Source of the DNA: Mobula hypostoma
Taxonomy: Eukaryota
NCBI RefSeq assembly: GCF_963921235.1
Contig: NC_086097.1
Span: 235,974,001-236,038,000, forward strand
Direction: 5' to 3'
DNA length: 64,000 bases
Position numbers and translations under genes: made by a program. The notes beneath the pieces are model-generated. The model was not told the DNA's origin and did not search any database. It worked only from the letters and a program-made list of their open reading frames with translations. Positions 23,820-35,065 of the stretch are shown here, piece by piece (positions within the stretch are counted from its first letter, which is position 1; each line of letters opens with the position of its first letter).

Positions 23820-25445
23820 AGGGGGCTACTTACTGGTCCATGAGTGAGATTTATAAAGGAGCATTTGTGAGCTTTTGGCATTTTTCCAGCAGCCTAATCA
23901 AAGCAGGAGCAAAAGGGGAGCCTACTTACAGGTCCGAGAGTGATATTTAAAAGAGCATTTTCTGGGTGACAAAACAAATCGCAATTCTGTAGCAAAGGCA
24001 AATAAAAATAAGGCTGGAACAAGCAGAGCAGCCATTGTGTGAGTAGACCAGTGTTGGAGTGGGGAGGCTTTGACTCATCAGGCTTCAGCAAGAACTGGTT
24101 TGGGCAAGTTTAGTATTTGGTAAGTTTCTTCTTCTTTATTCTTCCTCTGTTAGTTTGTAGTCAGTGCAGTGACCATGGCTTCAGGGACCGTGCTGTGTTC
24201 ATTGGGTGAGGCTTTGGAATTCTGGAAGACCTGCAGTCTCCTGGGTAACCAGATGTGCACCAACTGCAGTTCCTCAGAGAACATGTTAAGAACTGGAACT
24301 GAAGATCGATGACCTATGGCTGATATGGGAAACTTAGGATGCGATGAATAGATAGGAGCTACAGGGAGGTAGTCATCCCTAGGTTTCAGGTTGCAGGCAC
24401 CTGGGTGACTGTCAGGAAAGGGAAAAGGCAGCCAATGCAGGGTACCTTGTGGCCACCCCCCTCAATAATAAGTATGGTACTGTAGATACTGCAGGGGGGA
24501 TGATCTACCAGAGCTAAGCCACAACATTTGGAACTCTGAGTCTGGTACAATGGGCCTGTACTCACTGAAATTTAGAAGAATGCAGGGGATCGCATTAAAA
24601 CCTACCGATTGCTGAAAGGACTAGATAAGGTAGATGTGGAGAAGAGGTTTCCCATGGTGGGAATATCCGGAACTAAAGGCCATAGCCTCAAAACTGAGGA
24701 GCGATCTTTTAGAACAGAGGTAAGGAGGATTTTTTTTTTTTTAGCCAGCGAGTATTGAATCTGTGGAATGCTCTGACACAGACTACAGTGGAGGTCAAGT
24801 CCGTGGGTATATTTAAAGCGGAAGTTGATAATTTCCTGATCAGTTAAGGTATCAAAGGATATGTTGAGAAGGCAGGTGTATGGGGTTGAGTGAGATCCGG
24901 GATCAGCCATGTTGGAATGTCAGAGCAGTCTTGATAGGCTGTATGGCCTAATTCTGCTCCTTTGTCTTATGATCTTATGTTTTTAAGGTACACATTCGCA
25001 CCAATAACATAGGTAGGAAAGAGGGAGGTGTCCTGAAGAGAGAATTTAAGGAGCTAGATAGAAAGCTGAAAAGCAGGACCTCCAGAGTAATAATCTGGGT
25101 TGCTGCCCATGTCATGTGCAGGTGAGGGTAAGAATAGGATGATTTGGCAGGTGAATGTCTGGATGAGGAACTGGTTCCGACTGGCAGGGTTTCAGATTTC
25201 TGGATCGTTAGGAACTCTTCTGGGGAAGATATGAACTGTACAAAAGGGATGTGATGCAGCAGAACCAGAGAGTACCAATATATCTGTGGGCCGATATGCC
25301 AGAACTGTAGGGGAGGGTTTAAACTAATTTGGCAGGAGGATGGGAAACTGAGTGATAGGGCTGAGGATGGGGCAGTTGGTATACAAGCAGAGCAATATGT
25401 TGTGTGATATGTCAGGAAGGACAGGGCAAAATTGCAGCCGGTGGA
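23820..25445 (+). mobile_element. CR1 5' UTR and ORF1 remnant, interrupted by a CR1 3' fragment (24550-24980)
   Basis: Zn-finger/zipper remnant near 24180-24330; esterase HIRTNNIG; ORF1 end GAG GGT TTA AAC TAA at 25313-25327. Confidence 0.75.
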
Positions 25446-26029
25446 GTGAGGATCTTGGTCTGAAATGTCAATTGTTTATTCATTTCGATAGAAGCTGCCT
25501 GACCTGCTGAGTTCCTGTAGCATTTTGTGTGTGTTGCTTTGGACTTCCAGCATCTGCAGACCTTTTCATGTTATTGATATAGATAAATAGCTTGCCTTGT
25601 AAATAAAACTGTGCTTCGATGAACCAATGAAAATATTATAATTGGAAATAGAATGGGATATTCAGGATTGTTGATGGACATCGATGACTTGGTCACATGC
25701 ATAGAGTTTGAATTGTCAAGGCACCCAAGTTTATCGATCAGTGTCGCAGTATGGAAGTTGTGACAAAAATCAAGGGGAACTGACTGATTACTGAACTATC
25801 ACGCTTACCAAGTTTATACATGTCTCTGTTGAATAGAGTTCTTTTTTCATAAATAGTCCCTCAGGTTTGAAAATGAGTTGCTAGCATCAAGGTCTGTCGG
25901 TTGAAAGGTGGCTGATGAAATCAATGTGGGACCCACAGCCTCAATGACACAATGATAGGATAGGAGGTACCTGAAAAGTGAGCAGGATTTAACAGGATTT
26001 ATATAACTGGGTAATTTCTTCCCATTCCA

Positions 26030-26395
26030 TCTTCTCACTTCTTCATTTTCTCATTCTGGTTCCTTTTTTGACCCCCTTCCATTCTCCTTACCTACCCATC
26101 ACCTTTTTCTGGTGCCCCTCTTCTTTCCCTTTAACCCATGGTCCACCCTTCTTCAGCCATTTACCTTTTCCACCGTTTACCTCCCAGATTCTCACTTCAT
26201 TCCCCTTCTGTCACCCACTCACCTTCTCCCCGCCCAACTTGGCTTCACCTTTCACCTTCCACCTTAACATTTTGACTTCCTCCCCCTTCCTTTCTATTCC
26301 TGATGAAGGGTTGTGGCCTGAAACATCAGCTGTTTCTTCCCCTCTATAGATGCATCCTAACTTGCTGAATTTCTCTCATACTTTGTGTGTATTTC
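26030..26395 (+). mobile_element. Old PLE 3' fragment with hammerhead motif
   Basis: CCTGATGAAGGGTTGTGGCCTGAAACATCAGCTG at about 26299-26332; a similar fragment lies at 25450-25570. Confidence 0.65.
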
Positions 26396-27483
26396 AGAGA
26401 CAATGAGGTTGTTTGACTTTGATATTACCTTTGCACAAGGAGTGCAGTATGAACTTTAATGTTTGATCTATCAAGATTAACAGAAATCCAGATGAACATC
26501 CGTGGATGAACATAAATGAGTTGGAGCTTGTCTTGACCTATGAATGATATTGATGAATTATTGACACCAGCATTTGGATTCAAAACTTCATTGAAATTAT
26601 ATTTTGCATTGATATTCAAATACTTCCTGCATTCATTTTCTCACCAATGCTGTTTTGTTGATGGAATGTATGAATGTTCTGCCAAATTAACAAATTAGAT
26701 GTATTTTTTAAATACGAACATGGGCAGAAAATCAGAATGCATTAATTTTACTGCCTGTGATGTTTCAGCATCTGCACAAACAGAAAATGAAATATAGGTC
26801 ACGGGAGGAATTTCAGCAGGGATTTCACACAATGATCACTGAGTGAAACTCATTTAAAATAAGCTTATTTCATTTTTTTGTATAATTAGATTAGGCTTTC
26901 TTAAAACGTTCATAGTTATTCTAGTCAGGAAGTGCTGTGAATACACCATTTCAAATAGCTATGATGGAATCAGAAGAACAAGTTAAATGTACTAAATGGA
27001 ACAGATAAGACCTCACTCAACAACATCTTAAACCTCCATTGAGCTCTTTGAGTAAACGAAAACTTTACAATCTATTATATTTCAGAGAAAGAAAAAGTGA
27101 CTAATAAAAATTGATACAAAGCAGAAAATAATTCAGGGTAAAAATGAAAATTTATTTTTAGAAGCCTTTTGAAAATTAGTTTTCAAAGGAAAAGAAAGGA
27201 TTAGGAAGAGTGGCAAAGAGGGCAAACACCAACAGAGGAAGGGACAGAAGATAAGGAATTCCCTAATATTCGAGGATATGTCAGCTTGGAGGAGGACTAA
27301 TCTCTTTTTCTTAGACAATTCCTTGTTTTTGATGATGATTTACTTCCATTCTGGTTCTACGGGTTCAGAGTTGGCTGAGAAATCCAGTGTGGGTTCGACA
27401 GATACCTTCACAGGTAAGAAAGGAAGTATTTGATGGGGAACCCTTCAAACCTGTGGCTCAAGTTGCTGTCCGCTCCTTCTTCT

Positions 27484-27790
27484 GTGGCACGGTAGCTTAG
27501 CAGTGAGTGCAATTGCTTTGCAGTGCCAGCGATGACCAATCACAGTTTGATATCCATCCCTGACAGCTCTCCCCGTGACCACATGAGTTTCCTCCAGGTG
27601 CTATGGTTTCCTCGCACATTCCAAAGACCTACATTTCGGATTAGTGAGTTGTGGTCATGCTATGTTGGTGCCAGAAGCACAGGTGACATTTGCAAGTTGC
27701 CCCCAGCACAATCTTCAACTATTTCATTTGATGTAAACAATGCATTTCACTGTATGTTTTGATGTATGTGTGACAAATAAAGATAATACT
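27484..27790 (+). mobile_element. tRNA-derived V-domain SINE
   Basis: GGCACGGTAGCTTAGC A-box-like head; V core CTCCCCGTGACC..GTTTCCTCCAGGTGCT..GGTTTCCTC..CATTCCAAAGAC; TGTGACAAATAAA tail. Confidence 0.75.
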
Positions 27791-27944
27791 TAACTTTTAT
27801 CTTTCTCTTTACTTGTGACCTCCACAAATGTCCATCATTGAGGCTCAAGAGACTTCCCAGCATCTTGAATCTGCAATTTGACTATTTATAGATCAAGGAT
27901 TCCATTGAGCCAGTGAGAATGTTACAACTTTTCAAGAGAATTAC

Positions 27945-28580
27945 AAAAGTAGTTGGTGTGTTGGCCTTCAACAACTGTGGGATTGAGCTCAGAAGCCATG
28001 AGGTATTGTTACAGCTATATAAGACCTTAGGTAGATCGCACGTGGAGTACAGTGTTCGGTTCTGATCACCTCACTACAGGAAGGATGTGGATACTATAGA
28101 AAAAGTGCAGAGAAAATGTACAAGGACATTGTCTAGATTGGAGAGCATGCCTTACGAGAATAGGGTGAGTGAACTTTGCCTTTTCTCCTTGGAGCGACGG
28201 AGGATGAGAGGTGACCTGATAGGTGTATAAGATGATAAGAGGCATTGATATGGATATGATGTGGACAGCAAGAGGCTTTTTCACTAGAGCTGAAATGGCT
28301 AACATGAGGGGGCCTAGTTTTAAGGTGTTTGAAAGTAGGCAGAGTGGGGATATCAGGGGTAAGTTTATCACCAAGGAAGTGGTGGGTGCATGGAATTCAA
28401 TGCCAGCAATGGTGGTGGAAGATCTTTTAAGAGACATTTATTTAGGTACATGGTGCTTGGAAAATTAGAGGGCTATGTGGTAGGGTAATTTTAGGCAGTT
28501 TCTAGAGTAAGTTACATCGTCGGCACAACATTGTGGGCCGAAAGGCCTGTAATGCATATAGATTTCTATGTTCTATGTTT
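27945..28580 (+). mobile_element. CR1 3' fragment
   Basis: Highly similar to 13730-14368 and 20190-20788. Confidence 0.85.
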
Positions 28581-29009
28581 TCCTTAAAGCACCTGCTCTG
28601 TCCTTCTAGTAAATTCATTGCCTTATCCAAGCTTACAGTGGATTGCTTTTTTGGAATCTGGAGTCAGGCCTGGATGACATTATTGATAGGGAGAGGACAC
28701 TGGCCTGATGAAGGGCAGTATATAATAAATGAGACCAGGAATAGCTCAGCAGGCTCATCAGTACTGAACCACCTCCTTTAAACTCTATGATCATGGCTGA
28801 TATATGCTGACTTCAACTCATCTTCATTTCCATCTCCCCGAAGCCCTCAATTCCTCAAACTTATAAATATTTTTATAACTCCACCTTAAACGTACCTAAT
28901 AATCTGACCTCCACTAGCCTCAGGGCAAAGAGTTCCAGATATTCACTGCCATATGTGAGAAGAAATTTCTACATAGAAACATATAGAAACATAGAAAATA
29001 GGTGCAGGA

Positions 29010-31630
29010 CACAGATTAAAGTAATTGCCCAGTTAATTATAGTTGGGAGCTGAATGTCCAGGGCTGCACATTACATCGGAGGGATAGGAATGTGGGCAGA
29101 GGGGGTGGCGTAGCTCTAGTGGTAAAGAGTGGAATCAAAACAGTAGGAAGGTGTGAACCTACAGAGAGCAACTAAAAAATCATTAGAAAGGAAAAGATGA
29201 AATATGAAAGCAAGCTAGCAAATAATATCAAAGTGGGTAGTAGAAGTTTCTTCAAGTCTGTTAAAACAAAGAGAAGTGAGAGTGGATATAGGACTGCTAG
29301 AAAATGAGGCAGGAGAAATAATATCAGGGGACCAGGAGATGCCTGATGAATTAAATGAGTATTTTTTTTAGATTATGAAGACACGTAGTCCTCTTTTATT
29401 GTCATTTAGTAATGCATGCATTAAGAAATGATACATTATTTCCTCCGGTGTGATATCACAAAACACAGGACAGACCAAGACTGAAAAAACTGACAAAACC
29501 ACATAATTATAACATATAGTTACAACAGTGCACAATACCATAACTTGATGAAGTCCATGAGCACGGGAAAGTTCAAAGTTTCTCAAATGTCCCACATCTC
29601 ACGCAGACGGGAGAAGAAAGAAAAACTCTCCCTGTCATGCCGACCACAATCCGACTCTGAGTCATCCAAAAACTTCGAGCTCTGATCAGCTCTCCGACAC
29701 CGAGTACTGAGCGCCATCTCTGTCCGAACGATTCAACCTCCTTCTCAGTCGCCAAAAGCGGGCAAGGCCAGGGATTTTGAGGCCTACCCTCCGAAAGATT
29801 CCTGACCACACAGTAACGACAGCAACAAATGGACGTTTCAGAAATTTCTCCAGATGTTCCTCTGTGCTTTCACAGTCCATTCTCCATCAAATCAGAATTG
29901 TCTACGGCCCCTATTTAACAAATACGATATCATTTTTCACCGGAGGGCTGCGCACGCGCATTTTACATGAGTCTTCACTGTGGAAGACACTAGCAGTATG
30001 CCTGATGTTGTAGTGTGTGAAGGAAGAGAAGTGGGTGCAGTTACTATTACAAGAGAGAAGGTACTGTAAAAGCTGAAAGACCAAAAGGAGCGTAAGTCAC
30101 ATGAACCAGATGAAAGAGGTTGCATTAGAGATTGTGGTGGTATTAGAAATGATCTTTCAAAAATCATTAGATTCTGGCATGGTGCCAGAGGACTGGAAAA
30201 TTTAACATGTCACTCCACTCTTTAAGAAAGGAGGAAGTCAGCAGAAAGGAGATTAGAGACCAGTTAGCTTGACCTCAGTGGTTGGGAAGACATTAGAGTC
30301 AATTATTAAGGATGAGGTGATTGAGTACTTGGTGACACGGGACAGGATAGTACAAAGTCAGCATGGTTTCCTTCAGGGAAAATCCTTCCTGATGAACGTG
30401 TTAGAATTCTTTGAGGAAATTACAAGTAGGATAGATAAAGGGGATGCAGTGGATGTTGCATACTTGGACTTTCAGAATGACTTTGACAAGGTGCCACACA
30501 TAAGGCTGCTTACCAAGTTAAGGGCCCATGGTATTACATGAATGTTATTAACATGATTAGAGCATTGGCTGATTGGTAGGAGGCAATGAGTGGGAATAAA
30601 AGGATCTTTTTCTGCTCGGCTGCCAACGACTAGTGGTATTCTGCATGGGTCAGTGTTGGGACCACTTCTTTTTATGCTGTACATAAACGATTTAGGTAAT
30701 GGAATAGATGGCTTTGTTGCTAAGTTTGAAAATTATATGAAGATTGGTGGAAGGGCAGGTGGTGTTGAGGAAACAGGTAGGATGCAGAAGGACTTAGACA
30801 GATTAGGAGAATGGGCAAGAAAGTGACAAGTGAAATACAATGTTGGAAATTACATGATCATGCACTTTCGTTGTAGAAATAAATGTGCAGACTATTTTCT
30901 AAATGGGGAGAAAATCCAGGAATCCTAGATGCAAAGGGATTTGGGAGTCCTTGTGCAGAACACCCTAAAGGTTAATTTGCAGGTCGAGTTGGTGGTGAAG
31001 TAGGGAATTGCCATGTTAGCATTCACTTCAAGAGGTCTAGAATACAAAAGCAATGATGTGATGCTGAGGCTTTATAAGGCACTGGTGAGGCCTCACGTTG
31101 AGTATTGTGAACTTTGTCCTCTCATCTTAGAAAGTATGTGCTGGCATTGGAGAGGGTCCAGAGGATTTGCAAGGATAATTCCAGGAATGGAAGGGTTATC
31201 ATACGAGGAATGTTTGATGGCTCTGGGTCTCTATACTTGCTCAAATTCTGAAGGATGGGGCGGATCTTATTGAAACTTTTTGAATGTTGAAAGGCCCAGA
31301 CAGAGTGGATGTGGAAAGGTTGTTTCCCACTGTGGGAGATTCTAGGACAAGAGTGCACAGCCATTAGATACAGGGATAATCTTTCAAAACAGAGAAATTT
31401 CTTTAGCCAAACGGTGGTGAATTTGTGGAATTTGTTGCCACATGCAGCTGTGGAGGCCAGGTTTTTGGGTTTATTTACGGCAGAGATTGATAGGTTCTGA
31501 TTGGACATAGCATCAGAGGTTATTGGGAGAAGGCTAGGAACTGGAGTTGAGGAGGAGAGAAAAAAGGATCAGCCATGATTGAATGGTGGAGCAGACTCAA
31601 TTGGCCAGATGACCTGATTCTGCCCCTATG
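29010..31630 (+). mobile_element. CR1 LINE (second subfamily), decayed ORF2 with internal deletion
   Basis: TSVVGKTLESII, AVDVAYLDFQ..FDKVPH, GSVLGPLLF motifs; 3' UTR. Confidence 0.9.
29366..29959 (-). mobile_element. Unclassified non-coding retroposon (about 590 bp) inserted in CR1
   Basis: CR1 GAGTATTTT|ACATGAGTCTTCACTG is split with an ATTTT duplication; element ends TGACAATAAA...ATCTAAAA; GC-rich 5' end GCGCGTGCGCAG. Confidence 0.65.
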
Positions 31631-31749
31631 ACCAATAGTCTTATCTTGTTGCTTTGTCCCCTTGTTTATGACTCTTCAATGAGTGAGAACATCTCAGCAT
31701 CTACCATGAACTTACTTCCTTACTGCTCATTCAATAATTCAAGAAGAAC

Positions 31750-32480
31750 CCTTGGAGAGGGTTCAAAGGAGGTTCACAAAAATGATTCCAGGATTGAATA
31801 CCTTGTCTAATGAAGTGTATTTGATGGTTCTGGGCCTGGATTCACTGGAATTCAGAAGAATGAGGGGTGACCTCATTGAAACCTATTGAATAGTGAAAGG
31901 CCTTGATAGAGTGGATGTGGAGAGAATGATTCCGTTTACGGGAGAGTCTAAGACCAGAGGACAGAGCTTCAGAATAGAAGGCCATCTTTTTAGAATGGAG
32001 ATGAGGTGGAGATGAGCCAGGGAGTGTGGAGTCTGTGGAATTCTTTGCCACAGGAAGCTATGGAGGGCAAGCTTTTAGGTACTTTTAAGGCAGAGGTTGA
32101 TAGATTCTTGATTGGTTAGGGCATGAAGGGATACAGTGAAAAGGCAGGAGATTTGGACTGAGAAGTCAAAGCCCAAAGAGAGGGAATATACTAGAGCAAG
32201 AATTAGTGGGAAGTTAGAGGATTAGTAAGCTTTTAAAAAATAACAGAAGGCAACTAGAAAATTTTTAAGAAAGTTAAGATGGAATATGAAAGTAAGCCAG
32301 TCAATAATATTAAAGAGGATTCCAAAAGTTTCTTCAGATACAGAAAGTGTAAAAGAGATGAGAGAGTGGAAATTGGACTGCTGGAAAATGATACTGGAGA
32401 GGTAGTAATGGGGGACAATGAAATGATGGATGAACTGAATGAGTATTTTGCAGAAGTCTTCACTGTAGAAGACACAATCA
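31750..32480 (+). mobile_element. Two adjacent CR1 fragments (3' end and ORF2 linker)
   Basis: LERVQRRFTKMIPG; NIKEDSKSFFRY..ELNEYFAEVFT. Confidence 0.8.
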
Positions 32481-32564
32481 GTATAGGAGCACCTTACACC
32501 TTCTTTGGTTCAGATGTATCTCCACTCATGCCAACCAACAGATTAAATTACAATATTTACAAAG

Positions 32565-32845
32565 CATATTTATTTATTTATGTATTTAATGAGATACAGC
32601 TTCAAGTATGCCCGGTCACCCTCTGAGCCACACTGCCCAGCAATCCCCAACTCAATCCTAGCTTAATCACGGGACAATTTACAATGACCAATTACCTTAG
32701 CATCTGGTACATCTTTGGACTGTGAGAGAAAACCGTAGCACCTCCAGAGGAAACCCACACAGTCACAAGGCGAGCATACAAACGCCTTACAGGCAGCGGC
32801 GGGAATTAAACCCACATCACCTGTACTGTAAACGTTGTGCTATCC
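32565..32845 (-). mobile_element. V-domain SINE variant
   Basis: Reverse V core (GTGGGTTTCCTCTGGAGGTGCTACGGTTTTCTC..CAGTCCAAAGATGTAC); (TAAA)n tail; similar to 57995-58255. Confidence 0.7.
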
Positions 32846-32966
32846 GTACAAACTTTTTTGGGCTCCCAGTGGATCCAGGTGTTGATTTTAACCAACATTT
32901 CAATGATAAGTTCCACCATTTTCATCAGGAATGATGCCTGGGCATGTCTAGTTCAGTGGTATACAG

Positions 32967-33742
32967 CAGCAGTCCCCAACCACCAGGCTGCGGACCGGTA
33001 CCAGGCCGTGAGGAAACGATATGAGTCAGCTGCACCTTTCCTCATTCCCTGTCACGCACTGTTGAACTTGAACATAGGGTTGCCAACTGTCCCGTATTGC
33101 CGGGACATCCCATATATTGGGCTAAATTGGTTTGTCCCATACGGGACCACCCTTGTCCCGTATTTCCCCCACTGAGGTAGACCGTTCCTATGAAACCTTT
33201 CATGTTGAAATGGCGTAAAGCGCAGAATCAATTACCATTATTTATTAATTTATATGGAAAGAAATTTTGAGCGTTCCCAGACCCAAAAGTTTACCTACCA
33301 AATCATTCCAAATAACACATAAAACCTAAAATAACACTAACATATAGTAAAAGCAGGAATGATATGATAAATACACAGCCTATATAAAGTAGAAATAATG
33401 TATGTACAGTGTAGTCGGGAAGATTAAGTCAAAACCGATTTGTGGAAAAAAATCGGCACGTACGTGTATGCTCACGTGACATATGCGCACGTCACACATG
33501 CACACACAGGTGCCCGAGCAAGTCTTCATGGTCATGGTAGCCTTTCCCGGGGTAAACACTGTCCTGTATTTGACTGCTACTTTTGTCCCTTATTTGGGAG
33601 TGAGAAAGTTGGCAACCCTAACTGTAAAAGACATGCTGAGGTGAGTTTAACCTTACTTGAACACCCCCCCCGGTCGGCCGGTCTGCAAGAATATCGTCAA
33701 TATTAAACCGGTCCGCGGTGCAAAAAAGGTTGGGGACCCCTG
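32967..33742. mobile_element. hAT (Charlie-like) MITE
   Basis: TIRs CAGCAGTCCCCAACC / GGTTGGGGACCCCTG; 8-bp TSD GTATACAG at 32959-32966 and 33743-33750. Confidence 0.9.
33075..33620. mobile_element. Inner MITE with TAGGGTTGCCAACT TIRs (hAT-type)
   Basis: Perfect 14-bp TIRs; repeated subterminal TGTCCC/GGGAC motifs; no clear TSD. Confidence 0.75.
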
Positions 33743-34589
33743 GTATACAGTATATACTCAGCTCACATTGTCCATCCCTCCTGATTGGTTAATTCTCAAC
33801 CAATCAGGTTTCCCCTGTCCCACCTTGTTTAAAATTATATTCCTGTTCTTACTTAGAGTGCAACCTTTGTCTTTGTTGAAATTCTTTTCCTGTAGTCTCT
33901 TCTCGATGGCTCCCTTCACCAGGCAGACCCAAAAGCCATTGGCATGGCACAGTAGTTTTGTGCCGTCAAAGTCAATCGTATGGTCATTGCGTAAACGAAG
34001 TTCTGCTACCACCGATTTCTTTGGATACACCTCCTATGCTCCTTGATGCGGGTTGTGCTAACCACTAAGCTACCCTGCCAACCGTTTGGACAGCTACATG
34101 GATAAGAAAGACATAGGGGCATATGGGCTTCCTGCAGGCATCTGGGAGCAGCGTTGATGGGAATCACATTAGGTATAGGCAAGTACCTGTCAAGTTTGTT
34201 TCTGTACAGTATGATTCTTTGACCAATGAATCTATGAAGCGCAGTTGGATCGGCAAGGCAATCTGTTTGCTCCATCTGTGTGCTCACTGAACGGCCACTC
34301 TGAAAGCTTGATAATACAGAGCAGACAATCATTTAGTGTGAGCCTTTATTGTAAAGAGTAGAGACATATTTTGTTTGACAGCCACAGTTCTACGTTGCCG
34401 ATGCTGGCTCCTGTGTAATTAGCTTACGACACATAGAGATAAAGGTGCTATCAATCCAATGCCAAGTGTCACTGTTAACAATAAGGATTTCAGTCCTCTC
34501 ACAGTCGGACAGATCAGGACTCTCAAGAATTGGTGTCCTTGGCAGTTCTAAATACCTAGACCACTTTATCTGTAACACACAGGGTGTAA

Positions 34590-34822
34590 TTTTTGTAGTG
34601 TAGTGGCTAGCACAATCATTTTACAGTGTCAGTGATTACTGATCAGGGTTCAATTCCCACAACTGCCTGTAGGGAGTTTGTACTTTTTCCCTGTGACCAC
34701 ATAGGTTTCCTCCAGGCTTTCCAGTTTCCTCCCCGCTATCCCAAAGACATACAGGTTAGAGTTAGCAAGTTGTGGGCATGTTATCTTGGTGGCGGAATCA
34801 TGGTGACACTTGCAAGCTGCCT
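34590..34822 (+). mobile_element. V-domain tRNA SINE
   Basis: GTAGTGTAGTGG A box, GGTTCAATTCC B box, V core; followed by an antisense CR1 3' end (34826-35065). Confidence 0.75.
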
Positions 34823-35065
34823 TAAGGCTTAGGAGCAGATTTAGGCCATTTGGCCCATTGAGTCTTCTCATCATAGCTGATTTATTATCCCTCTCAACCC
34901 CATTCTCCCTGCCTTCTCCACATAACCTTTGACACCTTTGCTTATCAAGAACCTATCAACCTCCACTTTAAGTATACCTAATGACTTGGCCTCCTGAGCC
35001 GTCTGTTCCAATGAATTCCACAGATTCACCGCCCTCTGGCATTAAAAATTCTTCTTTATCTCTGT

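Larger units (their letters stand above)
32852..34150 (-). mobile_element. Third PLE family (Poseidon-like): GIY-YIG end and pLTR, split by a hAT MITE
   Basis: TRIKEHRRC; KSVVAE..RNDHTIDFDGTKLL..LVKGAIE..NFNKDKG; hammerhead-like CTGATGA-AAATGGTGGAACTTATCATT-GAAATGTT at 32891-32930. Confidence 0.75.

Noticed and set aside
26425..26619. 64-aa ORF in AT-rich unique DNA
   Set aside because: No recognisable motif or convincing splice context; length expected by chance
33455..33510. Short spaced repeats as a CRISPR-like array
   Set aside because: Imperfect tandem repeat inside a MITE, with no unique spacers or cas genes, in eukaryotic context
34590..34665. tRNA gene (A/B boxes; also near 27484 and 55670-55740)
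   Set aside because: Degenerate SINE heads followed by the V core; no cloverleaf
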